Below, in pieces: positions 13,131 through 25,107 of a DNA stretch of 64,000 nucleotides. The stretch spans positions 112,780,001 to 112,844,000 of the forward strand of contig NC_087436.1 in NCBI RefSeq assembly GCF_036321535.1, written 5' to 3'. The number at the start of each line of letters is the position of its first letter. Positions within the stretch are counted from its first letter, which is position 1. The stretch comes from Camelus dromedarius (taxonomy: Eukaryota). A program made the translations under genes and the position numbers. The notes beneath the pieces were generated by a model. The model was given only the letters and a program-made list of their open reading frames with translations, was not told where the DNA came from and did not search any database.

Positions 13131-13148
13131 TGACGCAGTTGGCAGGAT
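13131..13148 (+). promoter_or_regulatory. Primer-binding site, tRNA-Ser type
   Basis: TGACGCAGTTGGCAGGAT versus the tRNA-Ser complement TGGCGTAGTCGGCAGGAT (3 transitions), 5 nt after the LTR-terminal CA. Confidence 0.7.
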
Positions 13149-15539
13149 ATCAGAAAAACTCGCCTGGAGTCCACTTTGGAGCAGCACTCAGTACCAAGCA
13201 CTGGCCCCCTGTGAGCGCCCCTTCTCCCCAGCTTCACATCACTCTTCAGGTGTGTCAGCGAGTTTTTCCCGGTATCTGGATCTCTCTCAGTTAAGCAATG
13301 GCCCACAACTTTTACTTAAACTACTATCTTAAGGCTTGGAGTCTAGTGGATTCTAGTCCCATTTCCTAGGTGAAAAGGACCCAGGGGGAGCTCCCCAAAC
13401 TGAGGACCTATGAGGAAGTTCCTAGACAGGGGACCTAGGGGGAAATTCCTAGGCCAAGAACCCAGAGGGCATTTCTAGGCAGGAAATGCCTAGAAGGAAG
13501 TTTGGGGTGAAATGGATTGGCTAACCTTTTTTTTTAAATGTGACTTCAAATTAGAAGGACCCGTACTTTACAGTAAAATGAAACTAAAAGAAAATGGGAA
13601 AGTGTGTTTCGAAAGCCTCCCAGCTCCCAGACGTGCAGCCCCCCCCCGGAACTCCAGCGGCTTCCTGTGCAGCTGGGAGGGAGCCAGTGCTTACAAGTAC
13701 TTATCACACCACCAAAGGGCAAGATGGGCCCTTTTGACATTCCGAGACTGGCTTTTGTGTATGCATTTAGAGAAAGAGAGCCTGCTAAAACAGCTTTGCA
13801 AAATTCTGACCCTGAGGGAACAAAAGTATTCCTAGCCAAAAACTGAAAGGTGTAACTCTTCCATCATGTCCTTAAAATGCAAACACAGCCCACAATGCCT
13901 GACTGTGGCCTCGACTCTGTTAGGAGACGCCAAAGCTGAAAGGAAAAAAAAGGAGGGGGAGGGACTTTTAAAACTCAAACAAGTAACCTTAACATATTCC
14001 TTCTATTACTTATGAACGATTGAGTTTGATATTGCAATATGTGATTCATGACTAAGTTTTAAAACGAAAGCTGTGGGAGCTCTGTGTCTATCTGGATGTC
14101 TGTCTGTACATTATAAATACAATGTGATTCTAACTCTGAAATGGTATTGCCAAAATTAATTCTTAAAAGAGCTCTATTGAATTGTCTCAAAAGTAAGTGC
14201 TTACAAATTAAATATTTGAACAAGCCCAATTTTTTTTAAAGGACCACATGATTTAGGATTAATCTTTAATGACTGAAAACAAGTTTAAGTTATTGGATTA
14301 TTTAATACAGACATGTCTTTAGAGTCATCAATATTGAATATATTTTTATTTTACCTAGCTTTACTGAAAGTCAATTAGCTCATGTTATCTCTGTTACAAA
14401 ATGTATCAACAAGAAAATTAACTTGGCATGATGACATTTTCACAAGTAATGAAATAGAGATAAAGGGGACAAAAGCTTTTAAGTGAACTCTTAAAGAATA
14501 ATTACGTCTTATGGTATGTATACTTAAAAATAGCTTCTCCAGATTTTGGTAACTTGAAACATTAGCGTTTGCTTTAAAAAAATAAAGTTAAGTGATGGGA
14601 AATCATTGAATAGCCAGATCTTTTCCAAATAAGACAAAATACTAAAACATCAATTGCCAAGCAAGTCTAAGTTTACCTAGTTTTGTCCTTTTATTAGAGA
14701 AAAGCTAAAGACGTTTGGGTTTACTGGACATGTGTCTTATACCAACCACACTGAGGAAACAAATTATACTGTGAGAAATAATATGTTACTAGAGGTTATG
14801 GAATATGTTTATAAATTTGCCAATCAGGAAATTATAGTATAACAAATAGGTCACAATTTATTTCTTCTTGGTTTTCACTAGAGATTAAGGTTTTCTAAGG
14901 GTTAAAAATTGTAAATATATATGTAATTAAAGCTACAAGAAATAATAAAGGAAACATTTCAGTGTGTAAGGAAAATAGGATGTGTGTATTCAATAAAAGA
15001 AGGTATGAGGAATGGAAATGCAGTTTGTTAAAGGAAAAGAAAGCGATTTTGTTTTGACGCATCTCAAGGAGAGATATTAAACTAATTATGCTTATTTGAC
15101 ATGTTAAATTACATAGGAAGCACTGTCAAATAAAAGGTAAGATTAAGCCTTTTTTGTGTTATGTCTGTATAAGTATGTAGTCTATAACTGTTCTGGAAAT
15201 TACGTGAAATTCCTTAAAGTCTTGTATGTCCTGACATAACGTTATCTGTCATCAAAATTGAAGCTCACAGTAAAGGAACTGAACCTGAACTGAGTATTAG
15301 GGAAATGCCCTAGCTGACATTCATGCAAAGGCAACAACAAACTCTGTAAAGATTTTGGCACATGTAGACAAAGTTCATCCTGTTTCTACAAAAAATTAAC
15401 CCATCATTGTCAGACCTTTGCCATGCTGATGTCCTTGTAACATGGCAACACTCTGTTCCTAAATCAGAGAAATGAATGTGGATAAACAAAAGCTGTAAAA
15501 TAAACAGTCCAGGCTTTGGGAAACCCGAGATGGTTCCTG

Positions 15540-15800
15540 GGCTCTTCCTGGCTCCCTGGCAAACCCCATTTTTTATTTGGTGGGTTAAAGCCCTCCTTTG
15601 CTGCAAGGACGATGCCCCAACACTGACAAAGGGACTGTTAGAAAATGTACTTTCCATTTGGGATATACCTTCTACCATCTCCAGCGATCAAGGCATCCTC
15701 TTCACTGGGCAAATCATATGAGGCTTAACAAAAACCTTGCAAACATCTTGAAATTACCACCGCCACTGTCACCCCCAATCATCAGGCAAGGATGGCAGAA
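15540..15800 (+). pseudogene. pol: Integrase catalytic-core fragment
   Basis: WVKALLCCKDDAPTLTKGLLENVLSIWDIPSTISSDQGILFTGQII*GLTKTLQTS*NYHRHCHPQSSGK, with the SDxGxxF and HPQSSG motifs and internal stops. Confidence 0.85.
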
Positions 15801-16799
15801 CTGATAGGGAGACTGGATTCAAGCAGAACAAGGGTTAATCACATGAGATTGAATGAACTGGTAAATATGATTATAATTTTTATAACTGTCCAAACATTAC
15901 TGGCTTTTAATCTTTATTCTACCTAATTCCTCTTGAGTTAATTATGACTTACAGTGATTTGGCAAATTATACCTTTGTAAGCAGAATTTAAACAGCTATC
16001 TTTCTCTCTACCTCAACCCTCAAGAATTTGGAAACTCTTAATGAGTGATTTTCATGGCAATATAGTTATTTGCAAGAGTTCAGTGAGGATCTGTTCTGCT
16101 TATAACAAGGAACAATTGGAAATATTGGTCATATTACCATGGCTTTGAACATAAAAGCAAATATTACCAGATAGCTTTAAAGAGATATGGTAGACTTTAT
16201 GGAGCCATAAAGCTCCTTGAAAAAACAACCTGATATCTCTTTTACAAGGTTCCCAGAAGCCTTACCAAGTGAATAAGAAAAGCCACTTCCTGGCAGATGC
16301 AGGAACCTCAAGATATCTTGAAACTCAAGAAGAGAGGAATCCACCCAAATCTGTAAGTATTGCGGGCAGAATCCGATGAGTCCTTAGTGTGGTTTCCTGG
16401 CCTTGTGAAGCCTTTTAAAAATTGAATTTGAGATTCCTTGTGAAAAGTTCCAGCAAAGTCAAATTTAAAAGAGCCTATAGGATCAATCACACTTAAGCAA
16501 ATAATCAGGCCAAGTTTACTGAAACCAGACTTATTTTGCTAACAAATTAGTCTTAATTTGGCCGTATTAGGTAGAAAGAAGTATAATTTTCTAGAGAAAA
16601 AAAATATTTCAGCAATATACCTTTGTGGATATTAAAGTCTGGTGTTGCTAATTGTCTCTGAGGTTTGATATCTACTGCCTAAAACCCACTTCCTAGGTGA
16701 CGGCTTGTTGCTTTGTTACATTAGTGTAAGGCTTAATTGAATTACTGAAAGGATATTCCAAGCTGATTCCTGAAGCTTACCACAGTCATCTATCTTTGG

Positions 16800-17000
16800 A
16801 TGAAGATCAGGTAGCCCATGACCTGCAGCCAGGAGGCTGTGCTACTGGAAAAGACATTATTTAAGGGACCCTCTCTCCAGCCTAGATGGAAGGCCCCTGA
16901 TCAGGTACGCTTATCTAGCTCATGCCCAGCAGAACCGAAGGGAATTGACTCTTGGATGTATATTTCCCACTTCAAAGGGGCCTCTGCGTTGGACTGGCCT
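16800..17000 (+). pseudogene. pol: Integrase C-terminal (GPY/F) fragment
   Basis: LQPRWKAPDQVRLSSSCPAEPKGIDSWMYISHFK resembles the gamma-type consensus LxPRWKGPYxVLL...GIxxWIHxSHxK. Confidence 0.8.
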
Positions 17001-17179
17001 ATAGAGAAGACTGCTGACTTCAAAGTCACCTTAAAACAACACTTCCAGGAGAAACAACACCCACACCAAGATGAGAAGCAGCCACAGACTGGTGTGACCC
17101 AAGAACTGGACCAGGCCCCTGTGACTCACCCTCTAGGTTCAGTTGAACTGTTGGCCAAGTGTTTATTTCCCTATCACAG

Positions 17180-18420
17180 TTGAAAGCTATTGTTTTACTT
17201 CTAGTTCTGCTTTTGCCCCAATGTTTAGAATGGAAAGAAAATTCTTTAGTAAGGTGGTCACAATGCATAGCTACTGGGGCAATCTAACTGGCTGTTGGAT
17301 CTGCCGTAAAATTCCTCAGTCGAAACAAGACTGGTATAAGCTTCTCGTAACACCTGTCACCAACTTTTCAGATGTTCCTAAGGTCACCACTCACCTAGAC
17401 CAACCGACCTCTGACCTAACGTTTCAGGTTCAAATTCTTCAACATACTCATGTGTCCACACCTTGTCTGATACCATCCTCCATCCTTAGGGACCAAGCAC
17501 AATACACCCGAGGGCTCCCTCACTCTGTCCCTTACTTTATTGAAAATTATCTTAAAGAAAAATGCAAGAAAATTATGCCAGCAATCCCATATGTTAAATG
17601 CCATACAGATGACTTTTGGAAAGCCTGCAAGAGAAATTACCTATGGTTTAATGTGTTCACAAAACTTCCAGTTCAGGAGACCAGCCATGAAGGCCTTCCG
17701 GGAGGGATCACTTACACTCCCCCAGGTTTTGTCTTCATGTGTGATGTTGAAATTGCCCCATTTGCCCAAGGATGGGCACATAAACTGGGAAATCGGTTTA
17801 TGTTTACTGGGACGTTACATTACCCATTTTCTGTACGTAAGGAAACAGATGAACCTCCTTTTTCTCTTCACTACAGAGTCAAGAGATCCATGTCAGCAGG
17901 ATAACAAGATACCTGGTGGCAAAGTCTTTGGGGAATCTTGGCTCCTTGGGCAGGAGTAGACGTAAACAGAAGTATGATTAGAGATGTACCAGCTGCGTTG
18001 ATCAAACAGCCGAGGAGACTGCAAAAAGCACTGCAGCCAGCAGGCATCCCTCAGTCCCTTAGCCCAGGCGGTACTGAGTAACAGGTCGCCTCGGGCTTTG
18101 TGCCAGCTAAACAAGGAGCGGCTGTGCTGTTGTTCATACTACTTGTGGTCCTTATGTCAGTACCTCTGGAGAGGCTGTGATGCACCAAGAAAAAATTTCC
18201 CAAAGGGCAAGATGGTTACAAGATGTAAGAGAAACTGACCCTTTAAATGATCTGTGCAGCTGGCTTTCCTCAGGAATAGACTGCTTTTTCCACTTCACCT
18301 GACAGGTGATTATCACTGTCATAATATATATTATTACTCTTTTCCTGGCCACCAAGCTACTCATGACATGTATCGCTGCTTGTTTTAAGTCTACTGCTAA
18401 AAGCACATGGACAATCATAT
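17180..18420 (+). pseudogene. env: Gamma-type env relic with an EnvV-like SU N-terminus
   Basis: Signal-like LKAIVLLLVLLLPQCLE, then WKENSLVRWSQCIATG, a frameshift at 17276-17279, then GNLTGCWIC...TPPGFVFMC. Furin site RVKR at 17875-17886, stop at 17902-17904. Decayed ISD (LAQAVLSNR), CAVVHTTC and a hydrophobic anchor near 18305-18380. Confidence 0.88.
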
Positions 18421-19129
18421 ATACATATGATACATGCAAAATATAGAGTTGTACACACACACACACACACATATATAAATGTGTAGTTTATAATGAAGTC
18501 TGAAAGCTATGCACAAAAAAGAAAATGGCCTATAAACACCTAAGTAATGTCACAAGAGTTTACTTGTTCCTTCACATACAAACTTCAAAACTATGCATTG
18601 AACCTGCTCTGTGTACCCGGCTGTGGACTAGCTTCTAGGAACATAAAGACCTTCCAGCCAAGGTGTCTGCCCTGTAAGATCTACAGTTGACCCTGGAGAA
18701 AGAATTCTTATTAACTAAGAATAACTGATTGTTATACACACCGTGATACAAGCTCATGGACAGAAATGTAGCGGCAGGAGTGAGTGAATGGTGAAAAAAC
18801 TCAAATTAGAATTTCACTGGATCCTCATTTTTACATCGTTTTATCATGTTTTATATATGGCCTTAAAGCTTGATTTTCCAGCTTCCAATCTACAAACAGC
18901 CTAAAAAAGTAAGAGTAAAGAAACTATCTTTTTTTTGGTACTTTCATGTGTGCCTACATTATCCCACACATGTATTACCATATGCAGTATTATCTCGTTT
19001 AAATTTCACATTCAGTTCATCGTCTTTCCTGTTAGAATCATAGGGTGACACACTGGGCACCAAAAAAAAGCTCTTTCTCAGAATTACACAAGTCAGAGTG
19101 GAATTTCAAAATCCCATTGTTTTCAGTGT

Positions 19130-20250
19130 GTTTGTCTTTTTTCCCAGTTTTACTGAGCTGTAATTGATATGCACCACTGTATAAGTTTAGGGTGTACAGC
19201 ATATTGGTTTGACTTCCATATCTTGTGAAATGACTGCCACAATTAAGTTTAGTTAGCACCCATCATCTCATATATGTACAATAAAAAGAGAAAGTAAAAA
19301 TAGGGAAAAAAAAGTTTTCCTTGTGATGAGAACTCTTAGGATTTACTCTCTGGACAGCTTTCATACATATCGTAGAGCAGTGCTAACTATTGTCACCGTT
19401 GTCACCATGCTGTGCATTACGTCCCTAGCACAGTTGACACTTGAACAATGTGGAGGTTAGAAATCAACTGCTGTGTAGTCAAATATCCACATACTGCTTT
19501 CTCCGCAGTAAAACAAATGAATTGATAAATGACTCCCCCAAGGGCAGGAAGCTGGAACAGTCTGGATAGAATCAGGACTCAAACACTGGTTCTTTTTCTT
19601 CTACATATTGTGATCCCTAATTGAAAACAGACTTTTCCCCCACACTTTATTAATTTAAAGATCTGTACAATGAAAATACAGGTTCTATATTTATTGAAAA
19701 AAACCTGCGTGTAAGTGGCCCCTCACAGCTCAAACCGTGCCTTTTGAAGGTCAGTTGTACCTATTTATCTTGACCCTCTTTCTCCAATTCCCCCTCTCCC
19801 CAGACCCTGCCTCTAGTAACTATAGACCTAATCTCTTATTCCATGAGTTTGTTTTTTGTTTTTAGATTCCACATGGAAGTCAAATCAATGTAAATTGGGT
19901 CATTTGACTTTTTGCTGTTGAGTTGTATGAATTACTTATACATTCTGGATATTAACCCCTTATCCAATACGTCGTCTGCAAGTATTTTTCCCATTCCATG
20001 GATTTTTTTCTTTTTTACCTTGTTGAGTCTCTTGCTGTGCAGAAGCTTCTTAGTTTGATGTAGTCACATGTGCTTGTGTTTTATTTTATTGTGTATGCGT
20101 TAGGTGTTACATCCAAACAAATCATTGCCGAGACCCATGTCAAGGAGTCTTTTTTCTGTGTTTTCTTCTAGGAGCTTCAGGGCTTCAGATCTTACATTTA
20201 AGCCTTTAATCTATTTTGAGTTAATTTTGTGAGTAATGTAAGACAGGGGA
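19130..20250 (-). mobile_element. Older L1 3' fragment, interrupted by a Tigger-like element
   Basis: Antisense L1 text such as gctgtgcagaagcttcttagtttgatgtagtc and tacatttaagcctttaatctattttgagttaatttt. Confidence 0.8.
19431..19757. mobile_element. Tigger2-like non-autonomous DNA transposon
   Basis: TIRs cagttgacacttgaacaa and ttttgaaggtcagttg. Followed by TA on the right; CA on the left may be a mutated TA. Confidence 0.75.
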
Positions 20251-20534
20251 CTTTTATTTTCTAGTAAGGAAGAAAGAGAGAGAGAGAGAGAAGGAGAGAG
20301 GAAAGAAGGAAGGACAGGAAGAAGGACAGGAGGAAGGAAGGAGGAAACTGGATACCATATTTAATATTCAAACAAAAATAGTTTATGCATGCTTACTATG
20401 TAAGGAAAAATTATGTCTTCACCAGACAACTATTATTTCATTTTTTCACTTTGCTCAATTAATACTTATATTGGGTTTACCGTATGCCAGCACTATATCA
20501 GCAGTGAACAAATCAGATGAAAATCCCTGCCCTG

Positions 20535-21002
20535 CTAATGTTCATAGTAACATTATCACAATAGCCAAAAAGTAGAAATAATCCAAATATCCATCAGTCA
20601 ATGAATCTATGAACAAAATGTAGTATACCCATGCAATGGAATATTGCAGCCTTAAAAAGGAATGACGTTATTAACACACACTAAGACATTGTTGAATCCT
20701 GAAAACGTTATGCTAGGCTCAAAATGCCAGTCACTAAAGACCATACATTGTATAATTCCATTTATATGACATGTCCAAGATAAACAACTCTGTAGAGACA
20801 GAAAGTGGTTGCCTAGGGCTGGTTGGCGGTGGGATGGGGAGCGACTGCCGATGAATACAGAGTTTCTTTTTTGACTGATAAAAACGTCCTAAACTTAGAT
20901 TGTGTGGTTGGTTGTTGCAAAACTGTGAATATGCATTGAACTGTATACTTTAAAAGGATTAATGTTATGGTATATGCATTATATCTCAATAAAGTTTTTT
21001 TA
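20535..21002 (+). mobile_element. Old L1 (L1MB-like) 3' end
   Basis: atgttcatagtaacattatcacaatagccaaaaagtagaaa through atatctcAATAAA. Confidence 0.8.
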
Positions 21003-21426
21003 ATACAAACCTTGTCCGCATGGAGTTTACTTTCGCTAGTGCATTTTCATACTGTTTCTCCTGGACTTGACATGAAGCTAGCTCATTTCATATTTGATAT
21101 CACTAGAGAAACACTAAAAAGAGCGAGAAATGGAGAAAGAGGTGTGTTAAGCATTTTCAGTTTGTGGTACTATCCAACAAAACGGTGGCTTTTGGGCTCT
21201 TGTACCCTGTTAACTCCTCCTGGCCCTGAAACACGGAAAATGATTTCCATGAGCAGAGTTGTTTACATGCTGTTTCTTATCATTCTTAGAAGGAGGAGGA
21301 GGAAGGAAGAAGGAAGGAAGAGGGCAGGGGCAGAGAAAAAAAAGGAAGAAAAAAAGGAGGAAGAGGAGGAAATGAAGAGGAAACACTAACTGCACACTTA
21401 GTATGTGCCAAACACTGTACTGGGCT

Positions 21427-22052
21427 TGAAACCAAGCCGGATCCTGTGGGGCCCTCCTGGATACAAAAGCCCCTCCATGTTTCCTGTGTCTTATTTGTAG
21501 AAAAAGACTTTAGTGTCCTAGGTCTTCCCTGAGTTCCAAAGAACAGATTCAAGCCGTTAACTAATGAGGAAAGTGAGAAAATGCAGAATCAAAGGAAAAG
21601 CAGCCAAGAAACAAGAGTCCAGTGATAAACAGAGCCCTGGGTCCTTCCCAAGGGAGGTGCACAACAATCTGACACACATCTTTGAGTTGTTCTGCAGAAA
21701 TTAAGACCCCTGACCCCTACCCAGGTGGAGGAAGATAACTACACCAGCCTGTGGACACTGGACTGGTTGGAACCAGAAGGTTTGATGATTAAGATTCCAG
21801 AAACATTATCTTATTACCTTGTCACCAACCAACCAGAAGAAAGTCTACCAGCTACAACCATCACTCCAAATGTTGCCTTTAAAAATCTTTCCCTGAAAGC
21901 CATGGGGAGTTTGGGTCTTTTGAGCATGTATTGGCCATTCCCCTCTCTTAGCATCTGCAATAAATGCTGTTCTTTCCTTTGCCATAACCTGGTGTCAGTA
22001 GATTGTTTTTGCTGCACAGTGGGTGAGCCTACCCAAATTTGGTTCCATAATA
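21427..22052 (+). mobile_element. Solo LTR (ERV1-like), family A
   Basis: Begins TG and ends taata, with AATAAA near 21959. Near-matching 4-bp flanks ggct/gcct. Homologous to the inverted copy at 24490-25107. Confidence 0.8.
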
Positions 22053-22319
22053 GCCTCTTTATATATGTCACATTATTAAATCCTAAAAATAGCTCCATGA
22101 GGTAAATACGATTGTTATACCCATTTTATAGATTTGGAAATTGAGTGTGATAGGCATCCAGTTTCCAGAGGAAGAGTCGGTTGGTCACATCTTGGGCTGC
22201 ACATCCATGGTTCAGTTCCTTTGCCCCGAGATCTGGGTGCTAGGCTCTCAACTGGATCAGTGATATAATTTGGATATTATTTCTGGCTCTTTCCTAATTC
22301 CATCTGCCTAGAGATTCTG

Positions 22320-22547
22320 TAGCTCTGTAATATTGTCTGAAGTCTAGGAGGGTTATTCCTGCAGCTTCGTTCTTTTTCTTCAGTATTGCTTTGGCAATTC
22401 TGGATCTTTTGTGATTCCGTATCAATTTTAAGATTATTTGTTCTAGTTCTGTGAAAAATGTCCTGGGTAATTTGATAGAGATTGAATTAAATCTGTAGAT
22501 GGCTTTGGGTAGCATGGCCATTTTAACAATATTTATTCTTCCAATCT
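22320..22547 (-). mobile_element. Internal L1 ORF2 fragment between 13-bp direct repeats
   Basis: Minus-strand translation [67 protein letters not shown] is L1 ORF2. cctagagattctg occurs at 22307-22319 and 22548-22560. Confidence 0.9.
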
Positions 22548-22935
22548 CCTAGAGATTCTGGAACTTACCATCCTGTAATATATTACTTGGAGCTGATTCT
22601 GTTGTACATACTAAGAACCCTGATTGTGGCAGAGATCAAGTAACTTAGCTGAAGACCCACCCAGTTCTATGCACTGACTCCTGTGCACAGTGCTGTACCA
22701 AAGACACTGAGCTGCAAATGCTGTAGGCACCCACAGTGAAGGCTGCACCAGCATGCCAGTCCCGATGAACAACACATGGCTGAGGTGAGAAACACTTTCT
22801 TCTGTTTCAATTTGGGGCTATATAGGTATTGACACCAAATACTTTATACATATTAAAACCATTAACTGATATTAAACACTGTTAATCAAAGTGATGGTGT
22901 TATTGGATTTTTAAAAATTAAATATTTATTCTCTA

Positions 22936-23645
22936 GTGGGAATGTAGTTTAGTGCAGCCATTATAGAAAGCAATATGGAGATGCCTTAAAAAACTGAAAA
23001 TAGACTTACCCTATGATCCAGCAATCCCACTCCTGGGCATATATCTGGAGAAGACACCTGCATCCCAATGTTCATAGCAGCACTATTTACAATAGCCAAG
23101 ACATGGAAACAGCCTAAACGTCCATCGACAGATGACTGGATAGAGAAGCTGTGGTATATTTATACTATGGAATACTATTCAGCCATAGAAAAGAATAAAA
23201 TAATGCCATCTGCAGCAACATGGATATACCTGGAGATCATCATTCTAAGTGAAGTAAGTCATACAGAGAGACCAATGCCATATGATATCACTTACACGTG
23301 GAATCTAAAATAAAGGACACAAATGAACTTATTTACAAAACATAGAGAGACACACAAACACAGAAAGCAAATTTATGGTACCAGAGGGGAGAGGGGTGGG
23401 AAGGGATAAATTAGGAGTTCAAGATTTGCAGATACTAACTGCTATATGTAAAATAAAGAACAAGTTTCTACTGTATAGCAAAGGGAACTTTATTCAATAT
23501 CTTGTAGTAAACTATAATGAAAAAGAATATGAAAAGGAATATATTTTTGTATATACATGACTAAAACAGTACACTGTATACCAAAAATTGACACAAAATT
23601 ATAAATCGACTATACTCCAATAAAACAAGAAAAAAGAAAGAAAAC
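22936..23645 (+). mobile_element. 5'-truncated L1 (ORF2 C-terminus plus 3'UTR)
   Basis: ORF 23068-23313 (MFIAALFTIAKTWKQPKRPSTDDWIEKLWYIYTMEYYSA) is the L1 ORF2 C-terminus. Ends in AATAAA and an A-rich tail. Confidence 0.92.
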
Positions 23646-24489
23646 ATTTACTAAGGAATTCCCTGTAGATGAAAATGATTCTCTGTAACATTAACAGGAA
23701 GGGGTGGTGAAGAGAGGGTGGGATTGCAGAGTTGTTTTCCTTAACAGGAGGAACGCTGTTTACAACAGTCCTGGACTTGTGTGCTTTGTCCTCTTACAGA
23801 CAGGAGAAGCACCATCTTGTCAGCCAAGGTCACAAGACAGAGATGCTGTGGAACTGATGTTTGACCTTGGGCCCAGAAAGACACACTGAAGACTGAGCAT
23901 CATGGAAAGAGACCTGGCTGGCCACTGCACAACCATACAGCACACAGAAAAACTGTGAAAATCACTCCAAATCTCATCCTTCCAAGGCCACCAGCAGGAT
24001 TAACAGCCCGACGCACCTGCAGGACGCTACAATAACCCAGGTTCAAGATGACGGCCTGGCTCACCCAGAAAAGATTCATATTCAATCCAGGGCATCGTCT
24101 TTGCAAGACCAGGTAGTTTTTCAGTCTTTCTTAACCTATTTCAACACCTTCTCACCATGTCTACTCTCAGCCCCAGAAAATGTTGAGTGTCACTTCCTGG
24201 GTTTGGCTTGTACTGCAAAATACAAATTCAATACAGTTTTTCAGATGCACACCAACCCCAGCCCTGCCTTGTGAAGCAAACCTTTAGCCACAAACAAAAA
24301 TGGCTAAAACCAAAATATTGGAGACTGATAAGAAAGTTCTCAGTTAGCGGGGTATTTTGTGGGGCTACACCCTTTCTCCCCCTGAGGGTCTTTAATAGTT
24401 AAGCTTTACTGGACAGTCTATTTTTCACAACTCATTAAAAGGCCAGGCTTTCTTGTGTTTTTCTTTAATGAGAAAAGCTTTCCCCAATC

Positions 24490-25107
24490 TGCTACTGAGC
24501 CAAACTCGGGCTCACTCTTTTGCACAGTAAAGCCAGATGGATTGACGTCGGGTTGTGGTGAAGGAAGGAGGAGCATTGGCTCAGGGCACCAAACAAAGAG
24601 TCCGCGAGGCTCATGTTCAAAAGATCTGAACTCCCAGCTGGCTTTCAGGGGAAAGTTTTTAGAGACAGGGTGAGGGAGAGGGTTGTGGGGCTCGTGATAA
24701 GCTTGTGGACATTCTTCTGATTGGTTGGTGATGATGTAATTGGGAGTCAATATCATCAAACTTCCGGTTCCAACTGACCTGGGGGAAGCATACAGTCATC
24801 TTCTTCCATCTGGTGGGGGTTTCAGCCTCTGCAAAACAGTTCAAAGGACATGGCTCAGAATATTATTGATAGCCCATGAGGAGGGGCTAAAGGTCCTTGA
24901 CTTTGTTTAATGACTGAATTGTTTTTATTTTGTCTTGCTTGACTTTCTTGTCCTTTCTTTCTGCATTTTCTCACTTCTTTGAATAAATTTACTCTTTAGA
25001 ACTTAGGCAAGGCCTAGGAGGCTAGAGTTTTTCTACAGACAAGAGGCAGGTGGAGGACATGGAGGGGTCTGTCCCGGGAAGGCCCCATAGGGTCCTGCTT
25101 GGTTACA
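24490..25107 (-). mobile_element. Solo LTR (ERV1-like), family A, inverted
   Basis: Reverse complement starts tgtaaccaagcaggaccctatggggcc, compared with tgaaaccaagccggatcctgtggggcc at 21427. Shares the internal caccaaccaa(t/c)cagaagaa. Confidence 0.8.

Larger units (their letters stand above)
13131..18420 (+). mobile_element. Internal region of a decayed non-autonomous ERV1-like provirus (no 3' LTR)
   Basis: PBS, leader, long AT-rich non-coding tracts, integrase fragments and env, in proviral order. Confidence 0.8.

Noticed and set aside
13377..13500. CRISPR-like repeat array
   Set aside because: Units are contiguous degenerate tandem repeats without unique spacers, in a mammalian ERV with no cas genes.
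17143..17904. Intact secreted Env gene as listed in the ORF track
   Set aside because: The listed start is TTG, and the N-terminus is out of frame with the true signal peptide, so it is treated as a pseudogene.
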